Of a stretch of DNA of 64,000 bases, positions 53,922 through 62,436 are shown one piece after another; within the stretch, counting starts at the first letter, position 1, and each line of letters opens with the position of its first letter. The notes under the pieces were generated by a model. It saw only the letters and a list, made by a program, of their open reading frames with translations, had not been told where the DNA came from and did not search any database. This stretch comes from an uncultured Eubacteriales bacterium (GTDB lineage Bacteria > Bacillota > Clostridia > Oscillospirales > Oscillospiraceae): contig ONEB01000011.1 of NCBI GenBank assembly GCA_900316745.1, positions 6,105-70,104 on the forward strand, read 5' to 3'. Position numbers and translations under genes: made by a program.

Positions 53922-54487
53922 TACTGCAGCTCCATTTCCATACCAGAATCCACAGACGTGATATTTACATACTCGCCGATAATACCGAGCGCCTTGTAAT
54001 AGTCTCCGGACTCCGTAATGCGCTGGCGCATTTCCTGTGCTTGCTGATCCATACCGTTCTCCCGGAGCGTTCTTGCCGCAACCCCGATCAGATTGAAGAT
54101 GTTGCCGTCCTGCCCGATCAGCGGACAATCCGGCTTCTGTGACGCTGGCTGCGCTTCCTCAACGAAGCCGCCGAGCCGGTTTGGAACATAGTCAGACAGC
54201 CATGTTCCGCCGAAGTTGCCATGTGTTTGCAGCCGCCACATGGCGAGCCTTCCCATGTCGAGCTTCACATCTTCTGCAAACGGAAAGAGCAGACAGGTCA
54301 CGCCATCCTGCTCAAAGGTACTGCAATCATGGAATCTGGTACCATCCAGCAGGATGCCGTCCTTCGTCAGCATTTCGTTGATGCCGTCTACCCATTCATC
54401 CAAGTTGCCGCCGCACCCCTGAAGAATCAGCCCGTCACTGTCCTTCATACGGCGCAGCGAATCGGCGGAAATCGTTTTCACGCTCAC
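53921..54487 (-). CDS. ICE hypothetical protein (188 aa)
   Basis: GTG start overlaps the upstream TGA (GTGA), with GGGAGGG 9 nt upstream. Confidence 0.5.
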   Translation of the reverse strand: MSVKTISADSLRRMKDSDGLILQGCGGNLDEWVDGINEMLTKDGILLDGTRFHDCSTFEQDGVTCLLFPFAEDVKLDMGRLAMWRLQTHGNFGGTWLSDYVPNRLGGFVEEAQPASQKPDCPLIGQDGNIFNLIGVAARTLRENGMDQQAQEMRQRITESGDYYKALGIIGEYVNITSVDSGMEMELQ

Positions 54488-55806
54488 AGCTGCATCCCTC
54501 CCATCGTCAACTCCGCAAGCTCTGGAGCAGCAGCATCCCCATGGAGAGCCAGCCCGGTTTCTTCCGCCGCATCTTGACCGGTCAGTGCCTGATTTCTCAG
54601 CGGCTCAAAGGAAACAGCCTGAAAGAGCGAAACGCCAGGGGCGGACACGATGCCGTATTCGGTCATTTTCGCACCCAACCGCTCAAGAAGATGATACCCC
54701 TCTGTTCCGTCCGGCAGCGTATCCAGCCATCGTCGGTCGAAGTCCTGTCCCAGATGGTGGGCAAGATATTCCTTGAAGAAGACTGCCTCATCCGGAACGG
54801 TACGGATAAACTCATACTGCTGGAGATTCTCCATCTGGTAGAGCGCATCCGAAAGATCATACACGCCGTTTCTCTGCAGCACCGCCTTGAACTTGATCTG
54901 ATCCGTCTCGCTCATCTGGAGGTACTGCTCCGCCAGTTCGTTCAACTGTCGGAAGTCGGACAGATCCCGGATCGTTTCCATACCGATTTGCGGGATAGCA
55001 GACTCCACGGCAAACAGCATGCATTCCTCCACACACAGCTCGTGATGGCGATGCGCAATCATAACGGCTTCCTCCTGACTTACAGGCAGTTCAATCCATT
55101 CCAAAGATTCCTCCGGTTGATCCCAGCCACGATCAGAGGACTCCGCAATCTGGAGCCGGAACACTGCCCGATCCTCGGGCTCATCCACAGGACGCTCCAC
55201 GGACTGATACACCTTTGGCAGCACATAATTTCCCGCTTCGATATAGAGTCCATTCAGGAATAAGCCTCCCATCTGCTCGCGCTGCAGTGCGCCGATCCGT
55301 GCTCGATCCAGCAAATACAAAGACTCCTCCGGGATTGCAGCAACATCCGGGTGCAGATCATTCTCCATCACAAATGTTCCAAGCTCCGCATCGGTTTGGA
55401 TATTTGAGGCGATTGGAACCTGATCCAGATCGAACGTCATATTGATCAGCTCCTCGACCGAAACAGGTTCGATTCCGGTTCCGTCTCCGAAGCGTCTTTG
55501 GCAAAGTGCGCGGTAAACGGTCTGCTCCTCCTGTGAGAGATCACTCAGGCGCTTCGCAAGATAATTGAGCTCGTCCAGCGTCGGAACATCCAGTCTCAGG
55601 TCGCAAAGCTCCGGCGCCCACGGGCAGGAAAGCACCTTAATGATCTCCATCGCATCGGAATGGACGCCCCATCGCGCCCTCTGCTCGGCGTCGCGCAGAA
55701 GCGCTTTGCCGGTCGGGAGCGCAACCGTCGCGAATGAATATCCTCGGGCATGCTGACTCTCAGACGAGAGCTCCACTTTCATTTTGTTCTCATCCATATT
55801 ATTCAC
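54484..55806 (-). CDS. ICE acidic protein, paralogue of 58942-60090; possible ArdA-like antirestriction function
   Basis: Shares LDELNYLAKRLSDLSQEE with VDELNYLAKRMDSFIDAE in the paralogue. Acidic composition. The function is a guess from context. Confidence 0.45.
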   Translation of the reverse strand: MNNMDENKMKVELSSESQHARGYSFATVALPTGKALLRDAEQRARWGVHSDAMEIIKVLSCPWAPELCDLRLDVPTLDELNYLAKRLSDLSQEEQTVYRALCQRRFGDGTGIEPVSVEELINMTFDLDQVPIASNIQTDAELGTFVMENDLHPDVAAIPEESLYLLDRARIGALQREQMGGLFLNGLYIEAGNYVLPKVYQSVERPVDEPEDRAVFRLQIAESSDRGWDQPEESLEWIELPVSQEEAVMIAHRHHELCVEECMLFAVESAIPQIGMETIRDLSDFRQLNELAEQYLQMSETDQIKFKAVLQRNGVYDLSDALYQMENLQQYEFIRTVPDEAVFFKEYLAHHLGQDFDRRWLDTLPDGTEGYHLLERLGAKMTEYGIVSAPGVSLFQAVSFEPLRNQALTGQDAAEETGLALHGDAAAPELAELTMGGMQL

Positions 55807-57128
55807 TCCTCTGTAAAAACAAAAAAGCCGCCAACAGAATCGAAAGTATCTGTTGACGGCCTTCCTCTATGCCTGTATTTCATTTTCTGTTCTCCTTGAT
55901 TCAACATCTGATACAGTCCTTCAACGGTATCATAGTCATGCTCATAATTTCGCAGCACTGCTGCGATTCCTGCTAAAAGCAGTGTTACGCATGGTATTGC
56001 AACGCTGTTTCCGAGTGCCTTGTATCTGTTAGAGTCAAAGGCACCGGGGATGTTCGTCCATCCGTCCGGAAAGCCCTGCAGGCGCTCACACTCAATCGGC
56101 ATTAAGCGCCGGATCAGCTTGGTCTCATCTGCCACCGGCTGGCTCATAATCAAGTCTGTTGCATCCTTGTGCTGCCGTGCGCTTTCGGTGCTGGCAACAT
56201 CGGCAGGCCTAAAGATGTCGGTTCGCTGTCTGCCGAATACTGCATGTTGATCGGTCGCAGTTAATGTGAACGCAACCTCCTCATTGACACCGGTTCCATT
56301 TCCGCCATTCTGAACCTCCTGATTGATGATATTGCCAACTATGCAATAGGCTGTGTCCCGCGTTACAAGAGGCGTGTTGTTGCCACCCTCCCCATATCCG
56401 GCTGTCACGGTCGTGGATACGGAGATTGGTCCATCAAATTGGGTTGATTGTCCATGATTGGAATAAACCAGCGGCTGATGCCCGTGCTCCTGAGAGCGCA
56501 AAGTACCGGTTTGCTCCACAGAGCTGTCCATTCGGTCTCCGCCCTGATCATTCAGGCACAGAGTTGGGAGCATGACTGCGCTGGACTTTCCGCCCGCCTT
56601 TAGCGTCGGTGCGGTTTCCTCCTGGAAGCCGATATTTCCCGCAGTGGACGAAGACTCCGGCAGAAAGCCCGCCGGTGCTTGTGCATATAGCTTCTCAGTA
56701 CGAATCAGCCCCGCCTGTATCCGCAGCGCCTGCTCGAGCAGCGGCGGCAGCGTTTTCCCCCGTTCTCGGGCTCTCCGCAGGATTCCGAGGCACGCCAAAG
56801 GGCTTAAATAGTATCTGGATGGGGCTGTATCCACTAAAATCTGCGATAAGGAAGATTCTGCGGCGCCGCTGGGGCACTCCGAAGTATTGAGCGTCCCAGG
56901 TGGTCCAAGCCACACAGGAGCGAGTTCCCAGCACGGCCCCAGCATATTCCCAGCGCCCGGCCGGAGGTCCAGCAACATGAAGAGATGGTTCTTCAACATG
57001 CAGGAACTCCTCCAGGACCGCGTGGAAGTCCTCCCCTCCGGCGCTGCTGTAGGCGCCGGGCACGTTCTCCCAGCATCCGTATCGAGGTCGAACAGCGATA
57101 CCTGTTCTTCCGCGTAGTCTGTCTGCAT
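55803..57128 (-). CDS. C5 cytosine DNA methyltransferase, C-terminal part (target-recognition region plus motifs IX/X), in a separate frame
   Basis: RRLMPIECERLQGFPDGW and GNSVAIPCV. The ATG at 57128 lies 6 nt after AAGGAGA. Its first 434 nt overlap the N-terminal-part ORF in another frame. Confidence 0.6.
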   Translation of the reverse strand: MQTDYAEEQVSLFDLDTDAGRTCPAPTAAPEGRTSTRSWRSSCMLKNHLFMLLDLRPGAGNMLGPCWELAPVWLGPPGTLNTSECPSGAAESSLSQILVDTAPSRYYLSPLACLGILRRARERGKTLPPLLEQALRIQAGLIRTEKLYAQAPAGFLPESSSTAGNIGFQEETAPTLKAGGKSSAVMLPTLCLNDQGGDRMDSSVEQTGTLRSQEHGHQPLVYSNHGQSTQFDGPISVSTTVTAGYGEGGNNTPLVTRDTAYCIVGNIINQEVQNGGNGTGVNEEVAFTLTATDQHAVFGRQRTDIFRPADVASTESARQHKDATDLIMSQPVADETKLIRRLMPIECERLQGFPDGWTNIPGAFDSNRYKALGNSVAIPCVTLLLAGIAAVLRNYEHDYDTVEGLYQMLNQGEQKMKYRHRGRPSTDTFDSVGGFFVFTEE

Positions 57129-57456
57129 CTCTCATCTCCTTAATTACACGAATTTGCTCCATGAAAAGGCCGGATCGTTCCCCGGCAAGGCCTGCTCTCG
57201 CTCCGGCAACGGACAGATCCTGGCAAGGCGATCCGCCGCAGATTATGTCAACCGGCTGCAGCTCTGCTCCGTTGAGCTTGGTGATGTCTCCGACGTGCTG
57301 CATCCTCGGAAATCGCTTCTTCGTGACCGCAATCGGGAATGCCTCAATTTCGCTCGCCCAGACCGGCTCGATCCCGTTTCTCACCGCGGCAAGCGGAAAG
57401 CCTCCTATGCCATCGAACAAGCTCCCCATGGTTATTTGCCGCATGGAACGCCTCAC
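56695..57456 (-). CDS. C5 cytosine DNA methyltransferase, N-terminal part (motifs I, IV, VI, VIII)
   Basis: FDGIGGF, GGSPCQDLS, WENVPG, AQYFGVPQRRRRIFLIADF. Possible starts: GTG 57456 (GTGA coupling), ATG 57444 or ATG 57429. Confidence 0.7.
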   Translation of the reverse strand: MRRSMRQITMGSLFDGIGGFPLAAVRNGIEPVWASEIEAFPIAVTKKRFPRMQHVGDITKLNGAELQPVDIICGGSPCQDLSVAGARAGLAGERSGLFMEQIRVIKEMRDADRLRGRTGIAVRPRYGCWENVPGAYSSAGGEDFHAVLEEFLHVEEPSLHVAGPPAGRWEYAGAVLGTRSCVAWTTWDAQYFGVPQRRRRIFLIADFSGYSPIQILFKPFGVPRNPAESPRTGENAAAAARAGAADTGGADSY

Positions 57457-57749
57457 ATGCTCATTACATGGTCTACCGTCTCTTCGTGGACCGTGATGTG
57501 TTCTTCTTCAAGCTCAGACTCCGTCAAACCGCGAAAACGATCCTCGCCGGGAATGAGACCAAGCTCCCTGCCGTTGTCGAACACACAATGCACTGTGCCA
57601 ATATCGTCCACGCACTGAACGGTTCCGCGCATATCGCTTTCCACAGGGCACGGATCAGCTCCCATCGCCAGAAGCATAATGCGCTTGCCGGGCGGATACT
57701 GCTGCTTATAACGTTCTGCCTGTCGACGCAGGCGCTCCCACTCGTTCAT
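57453..57749 (-). CDS. DUF4314-like small ICE protein
   Basis: ...MRGTVQCVDDIGTVHCVFDNGRELGL... pattern. Confidence 0.45.
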   Translation of the reverse strand: MNEWERLRRQAERYKQQYPPGKRIMLLAMGADPCPVESDMRGTVQCVDDIGTVHCVFDNGRELGLIPGEDRFRGLTESELEEEHITVHEETVDHVMSM

Positions 57750-58088
57750 TCAAAGTACCTCCATATCAAAGTTTTCCTCCTGATCCAGCAGGATTGTGAA
57801 TTCAGATTCCTGTGTTTGCTGCACACCGGGATGAGACAGGAAGTCATCCCCTCGTTGCGTATAGGCTGCAATTTCATATTCGTTGGCACGATAGGTTTCC
57901 CCCTCTCCATAAATGTAGGATTTGACTTCTGCAGTCAGGTACTCGGCGTCCGGATTATCCTCCAGAAAGTCCTGATAGGCAGTCCAGTCCTCCAGATCCG
58001 CCTCTTCCTCCGGAATCCCGGCGCAGAGGAACTCCTCAGTCGAGCCGTTGTCTGCAGTCAGATGGACTTTAGAAAACAGCACACCCAT
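57750..58088 (-). CDS. Acidic ICE hypothetical protein (112 aa)
   Basis: Compact ORF with GGGAGGG 7 nt upstream. Confidence 0.45.
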   Translation of the reverse strand: MGVLFSKVHLTADNGSTEEFLCAGIPEEEADLEDWTAYQDFLEDNPDAEYLTAEVKSYIYGEGETYRANEYEIAAYTQRGDDFLSHPGVQQTQESEFTILLDQEENFDMEVL

Positions 58089-58091
58089 TTT

Positions 58092-58940
58092 TCACATCCC
58101 TCCCATCTGCTGTCCCTGATTTTGCAAGAATTGATCCATCTCCTCATCGTCGTAGACAAAGTAATCGTCGCCACTATTCCACATCGATACAAAGAGCTCA
58201 CCGTCCTCCGTAAAGATCGGACGCTGCTCGAAGCCCTCGCCCAAGCCGTCAGAGTTCTGACCCGTAATCAGCTCCTTGAACTCTGCTTTTTCTTCCTCGG
58301 TGAACGGCTCCATTAGCCTCACACGGACAACTCCGTAAAGGATGTCGAATTCCTCGACGTCCCATTCAGCAGATACCAGCTTTGATCGGATTCCGGGATC
58401 ATCCCGCAGATACTGTGCCATGTCGCCGCCGCGTTCCGGACTCTGCTCTCGCGCCAGGGCCGTGCGGATCTGATCGGAATAGCGATAAATCTCGCTTGGG
58501 TCCGCCTCAAAGCTCTCTCCGTCATCCTCAAAAACGCCCGTGAGCGGAAAGTAGAAGTTCTTCTCTATCGCCGCCGCCTCGCGCAGCATCAGCTTGATAT
58601 CCTCGAACATCTGATCCGGCATGTCATACCGATTCTGCAGAATGGCAGCGGACAGCTGATCGCGAATGCGAATATCTGACTGCTCAAAAACAAAGGCAAG
58701 CATATTGGCGTCTGCAAGCGTGTTTTTTTCACGCAGCATACCGACCAAATGCTTGCCAATTTCTGTTTCCCCGTAGAGCTTGACGCGGATGTCGTCCCCT
58801 TCCTCATCTTTAAGGTGGATGTTGTCCGGTCTCTGCCGCACGCCGATCGATTGCAGCTTTCCGTAGAGGTCATAGATACTTCTTGGCATATCTACAATCA
58901 GTGTATCGTTATTATGATAGATTACAGCCCCAATTTGCAT
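58092..58940 (-). CDS. ICE hypothetical protein (282 aa)
   Basis: ATG at 58940 follows GGGAGGA. The track ORF extension to 59000 overlaps the upstream gene. Confidence 0.5.
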   Translation of the reverse strand: MQIGAVIYHNNDTLIVDMPRSIYDLYGKLQSIGVRQRPDNIHLKDEEGDDIRVKLYGETEIGKHLVGMLREKNTLADANMLAFVFEQSDIRIRDQLSAAILQNRYDMPDQMFEDIKLMLREAAAIEKNFYFPLTGVFEDDGESFEADPSEIYRYSDQIRTALAREQSPERGGDMAQYLRDDPGIRSKLVSAEWDVEEFDILYGVVRVRLMEPFTEEEKAEFKELITGQNSDGLGEGFEQRPIFTEDGELFVSMWNSGDDYFVYDDEEMDQFLQNQGQQMGGM

Positions 58941-58941
58941 T

Positions 58942-60090
58942 TTACATTCCTCCCATCTCCAAATTGATTGTCTCTGGCTCCAGTTGATCTTCAATCTCAT
59001 GCATGCTGTCAGCGCCGCGGTAGTAGAGAAATCCTCCGTTCACAAACGCGCCCTCCCGATCTTCGATAAGCCACTCCCCGAACGCTTCATAATTAAAGAA
59101 TGGCTCCAAATCTGAGTGGAGAGAATAATCTTCCTCGATTTTGGCAAAATACTCCCCCACATCCTGTGGCGACGCAAGTTCCTTCCGGAATCCAAGTACG
59201 TTATCAGCATTTGCGAGGACAGCCAGATTGTTCGCACTCGACACTTTGAAATACTCTGCTGCAGCAACCACCGTCTCAATATCCGGATAAGCTTCACTAA
59301 CTTGCTTAATCAGCCAGTTTGCAGCGTACAACGACTCTTGATCCACGACACGCTGAAGCATCTGCTGCCACTGCTCATTTTCCGTGCCCCACGCCGAAAT
59401 CTCCACCTCACAATCATGAATGTCAGCGGCACCCAGACGCCTGACTGCTTTCTGGATCGCCGTCTGTTCATCCGGAAGATATAGTGTCTCTTCTTTTCCG
59501 CCGTAAGAGATGACAGCTTCTGCCGAGCTTCCACCATGATAGTCATAGGCGGGAAATACCTGTCCATCGTAGACCTGCTCCGGCCGCACATCCGCGTGAA
59601 TGAACAACACACCATACTTCGTGAGAATCCCTGTTCCGGACTCCAGCAGTTGCTTTCCGATGGTTCCATATTTCGGGTCTGTGATCGATTCTGCGGGCAA
59701 GCAGCCCGCTTCATCCAACGCATAGGTAAAGCCAATGGCATGTGCGCTGCTGAGATCCTGAAGCACAGTGTACCGATTCAGATTGAACGTCAGATTGATC
59801 AAATCCGGGATCTGATAGATGTTCTCCTGTGTAATCGCAGCAAAGAAGCGAAGCCGCTCAGCGTCTATGAAACTGTCCATCCGTTTTGCCAGGTAGTTGA
59901 GCTCGTCCACATCATGCGCCTGCTGCTCCATCGGCGCAAACTCCTTCGGTTCTATGAATGCGTGTACCCACATGTTGTGGATATCAAAGCCGAAGTCAAA
60001 ATCATTCAGCTTTGTTGCGAGTTCCGCTTCCGTGCATGGGAATCGAATCGTGACATACTTTTTCTCATGTTCCAGCATTACTTCAATCAT
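58942..60090 (-). CDS. ICE acidic protein with an ArdA-like C-terminus (possible antirestriction protein)
   Basis: C-terminal ...LEPFFNYEAFGEWLIEDREGAFVNGGFLYY resembles the ArdA YIDYE-x-x-GRDL region as I recall it. Start ATG 60090/60093 follows GGAGG. Confidence 0.45.
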   Translation of the reverse strand: MIEVMLEHEKKYVTIRFPCTEAELATKLNDFDFGFDIHNMWVHAFIEPKEFAPMEQQAHDVDELNYLAKRMDSFIDAERLRFFAAITQENIYQIPDLINLTFNLNRYTVLQDLSSAHAIGFTYALDEAGCLPAESITDPKYGTIGKQLLESGTGILTKYGVLFIHADVRPEQVYDGQVFPAYDYHGGSSAEAVISYGGKEETLYLPDEQTAIQKAVRRLGAADIHDCEVEISAWGTENEQWQQMLQRVVDQESLYAANWLIKQVSEAYPDIETVVAAAEYFKVSSANNLAVLANADNVLGFRKELASPQDVGEYFAKIEEDYSLHSDLEPFFNYEAFGEWLIEDREGAFVNGGFLYYRGADSMHEIEDQLEPETINLEMGGM

Positions 60091-60127
60091 CATTTCCTCC
60101 TTTTGTTCACGAAAAGTTAACATATTT

Positions 60128-60177
60128 AAAACGGAAAAAGGGCCGATTTCACGAGAAAAAACTCATGAAATCGGCCC
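60128..60177 (-). terminator. Intrinsic terminator oriented into the first ICE gene
   Basis: In mRNA sense: GGGCCGATTTCA-(14 nt)-TGAAATCGGCCC followed by TTTTTCCGTTTT. Confidence 0.55.
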
Positions 60178-60342
60178 TAAATTGGTCTGTATTCGGTTCA
60201 TTTCCGGGCAAGGGGTAGAAAATATCTCTGAATCACGCGCTCTGAAAATGGGTAGAAAAAAGCCCCGAAACCGTTCCTTTTCAACGCATAGGGCAGTCAT
60301 CAAACAAGAGCATTGTAAAGGCAGCGTTATCGGGACAAGAAA

Positions 60343-60390
60343 AGCTCAGAACTGTGCATTTCCTTCAGTTCTGAGCTATTTCGTTTTTCG
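60343..60390. terminator. Bidirectional-looking intrinsic terminator
   Basis: agctcagaactg-(11 nt)-cagttctgagct with atttcgtttttcg downstream on the plus strand and TTTTCTTGTC downstream on the minus strand. Confidence 0.55.
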
Positions 60391-60454
60391 CACATTCGAC
60401 AATCTCCTTCTTGGTTCTGTACAATGGAAGCAGAATCGAGAAGGAGGTATTCTT

Positions 60455-60631
60455 ATGGAAAAAGTCGTTCGTTTCTCTCAAGATGAACAACGAATCATCG
60501 TGCGCGGGCTATACGACATGCGGAATGCAATGGAGAAAGATAATCCGCGGAAACGAGAATTGGAGCTGTTGATTCTCCGCGTGATCGACGCACCGGAGGT
60601 CAAACCGTTTTGGAGGAGGCTGTTCATATGA
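60455..60631 (+). CDS. Small protein (58 aa) coupled to tnpV
   Basis: AAGGAGG 7 nt before the ATG. MEKVVRFSQDEQRIIVRGLYDMRNAMEKDNPRKRELELLILRVIDAPEVKPFWRRLFI. ATGA overlap with tnpV. Confidence 0.55.
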   Translation: MEKVVRFSQDEQRIIVRGLYDMRNAMEKDNPRKRELELLILRVIDAPEVKPFWRRLFI

Positions 60632-60972
60632 AACTGACATTTCATTGGGAAGGCGATTATCTGATTCCGCATTTGTCTGCACCGGAACCTCCGCAGATCG
60701 GCATCTGGGGCGAGCGCAGACGGCAGTTCCTCCGCAAGCATCAAAGACCCATATACGACGCCATGCTGATGCACGGTACACTCAACGTCCATCTTGAAGA
60801 GATTGATCGAAATGCCGAAGAAATGATCGATCAACTCATGACACAAATGGCTGACAGCGAGGGAGTCACTGAACAGCTGAAATCGGAAGATCAGATGAAG
60901 TGGGTGCGCCGAATGAACAGCTCCCGCTACCGCGCCGAAGAAATTGTGCGAAAAGATCTGATTGAAAGCTGA
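60628..60972 (+). CDS. tnpV: TnpV-like protein (as in Tn4451-family elements)
   Basis: MKLTFHWEGDYLIPHL...IGIWGERRRQFLRKH...EGVTEQLKSEDQMKWVRRMN matches my recollection of TnpV. Confidence 0.75.
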   Translation: MKLTFHWEGDYLIPHLSAPEPPQIGIWGERRRQFLRKHQRPIYDAMLMHGTLNVHLEEIDRNAEEMIDQLMTQMADSEGVTEQLKSEDQMKWVRRMNSSRYRAEEIVRKDLIES

Positions 60973-61219
60973 ATCAATGAAGCAAAAACCATGAAAATAT
61001 TTCAAGCTATCATTCTCTACTGTATCTTCCTGATTATAACGAATATGTTTGTAATTTTAAAGCGGCTAGAAAAGCTGTTTTCTGAAAGAAATGGTACACA
61101 CAAAAGAATTGGAATGATTCCGAGTGATTAGTTTTTGCGCAGAGGACAAAGTAATTCTTTCACGAAGAAACTACCAAAATCATATAAGGGAGCTCGACAG
61201 AAAGCCCCATATAGTTAAA

Positions 61220-61246
61220 CAGCTCGCCATAATTAGTGGCGAGCTG
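61220..61246. other. 10-bp perfect stem-loop in the AT-rich junction
   Basis: cagctcgcca-taattag-tggcgagctg. Confidence 0.5.
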
Positions 61247-61326
61247 CTTAACTTGATGCAGAATTGATGCACTGCTGATGATATTTCGTATCTTTTTCAA
61301 TCTATGCTTTGCCCGAGGTGAAAAGC

Positions 61327-62394
61327 ATGATTGAATTTTTAGAGGAAACCACGCCGGAATATGAAGCGTTTTTGGCTGGTCATCCGCGAGGAACGCTGTT
61401 CCAGTCCGGGATTTGGGGAGGCGTGAAGCGGAGCTGGAGCTGGCGTGCAATCATTTATCGCCGGGACGGACGTATTGAAGGCAGCATGTCAATCCTGTTG
61501 CGGCGTATCCCGGGAACACCGTGGAAGCTTGCCTACGCACCGCGCGGACTGGTGTGTGATGCGCACGACTGTCAAGCATTACAGGAACTGACGGAGGGAG
61601 TCCGCATTCTAGGTCGTCGCGAGCATGTTTGCCTGTTAAAGCTGGATCCGGACGTACCAATAGATGATGAGTTTTTTCGGGATTCGATGTCTGAGCTGGG
61701 CTACCGGCTCTTACCGGAGTCTTGGGAATTTGACCGAATCCAGCCCCAGCATCTGGCACGAATCGATCTGCGCGGGAAAGACCGAGAAACAGTTTTGAAG
61801 GACATGAAGCAAAAAACACGCTACAACATCCGTTTAGCAGAGCGGAATGGTGTGGAAGTGCGTATTTGCGGCCAAGAAGCACTCAAAGAATTCTGTGCGC
61901 TTATGAACGTTACTGGCGTCAGGGACGGATTCGCCGCTCGCCCGTGTTGTTATTTTGACGGGATGCTCCGAGCACTCGGTGACCACGCACGACTTTATTT
62001 AGCCTACTATGAAGGGAAACCGCTGGCTGGTGCAATTGCCGCAACGTTTGGAAATAAAACATGGTATCTATATGGTGCTTCTGCCGACGAATACCGGGAT
62101 AAAATGGCGAACTATCTGCTCCAATGGAACATGATACAATGGGCCATCGACAGTGGCTGTGACTGGTACGATTTTCGCGGCGTTTCAGGTGGCCAGGCAG
62201 AGAACAAGACCAAGGGCCTTTTGCGCTTCAAGAGCGGCTTCGGTGCGCAGATTTACAGTCTGGTGGGTGAATATGAGCTTCTGCTTCTTCCTGTCGCCAG
62301 TGTGATCGTGAAGTGGATGATACCCCGGCTCCAGCGATGTGTGCTGATGCTTGCATCATTGCGGACAAAGCTTTCTTTCCGGATGCAACTATGA
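61327..62394 (+). CDS. FemAB-family peptidoglycan interpeptide-bridge aminoacyltransferase
   Basis: ...FLAGHPRGTLFQSGIWGGVK...PRGLVCD...TRYNIRLAERNGVEV...ASADEYRDKMANYLLQW...GLLRFKSGFG. ATG at 61327 follows GAGGTG. Confidence 0.8.
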   Translation: MIEFLEETTPEYEAFLAGHPRGTLFQSGIWGGVKRSWSWRAIIYRRDGRIEGSMSILLRRIPGTPWKLAYAPRGLVCDAHDCQALQELTEGVRILGRREHVCLLKLDPDVPIDDEFFRDSMSELGYRLLPESWEFDRIQPQHLARIDLRGKDRETVLKDMKQKTRYNIRLAERNGVEVRICGQEALKEFCALMNVTGVRDGFAARPCCYFDGMLRALGDHARLYLAYYEGKPLAGAIAATFGNKTWYLYGASADEYRDKMANYLLQWNMIQWAIDSGCDWYDFRGVSGGQAENKTKGLLRFKSGFGAQIYSLVGEYELLLLPVASVIVKWMIPRLQRCVLMLASLRTKLSFRMQL

Positions 62395-62436
62395 TACAAT
62401 CAGGATGTAGTTTTGTATCCGAAAGGAGGGGTGCGC

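Larger units (their letters stand above)
1..60972 (-). mobile_element. Integrative conjugative element (Clostridia T4SS type), partial. The recombinase end leaves the window at position 1; the other edge lies somewhere in about 60.1-61.3 kb.
   Basis: Co-directional minus-strand modules: TnpV edge, antirestriction/methylase block, adhesin, VirB6/VirB3/VirB4-like genes, sortase, CHAP hydrolase, MobC-relaxase, toprim protein, VirD4-like coupling protein, cargo, sigma-like HTH, helicase, three recombinase-family genes. An AT-rich break at 60973-61308 precedes plus-strand housekeeping-like genes. Confidence 0.7.

Noticed and set aside
54484-60123. Recurrent C-terminal M-G-G-M (and M-x-L-Q) endings on several ICE proteins, considered as a possible shared secretion/T4SS signal
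   Set aside because: The nucleotides encoding these endings are ATGGGAGG(A/G)ATG..., i.e. the Shine-Dalgarno for the next, translationally coupled gene 6-9 nt downstream. The motif is explained by embedded ribosome-binding sites, not by protein function.
60478-61005. 175-aa minus-strand ORF
   Set aside because: It lies antisense to the well-supported small-ORF/tnpV pair and has no motifs.
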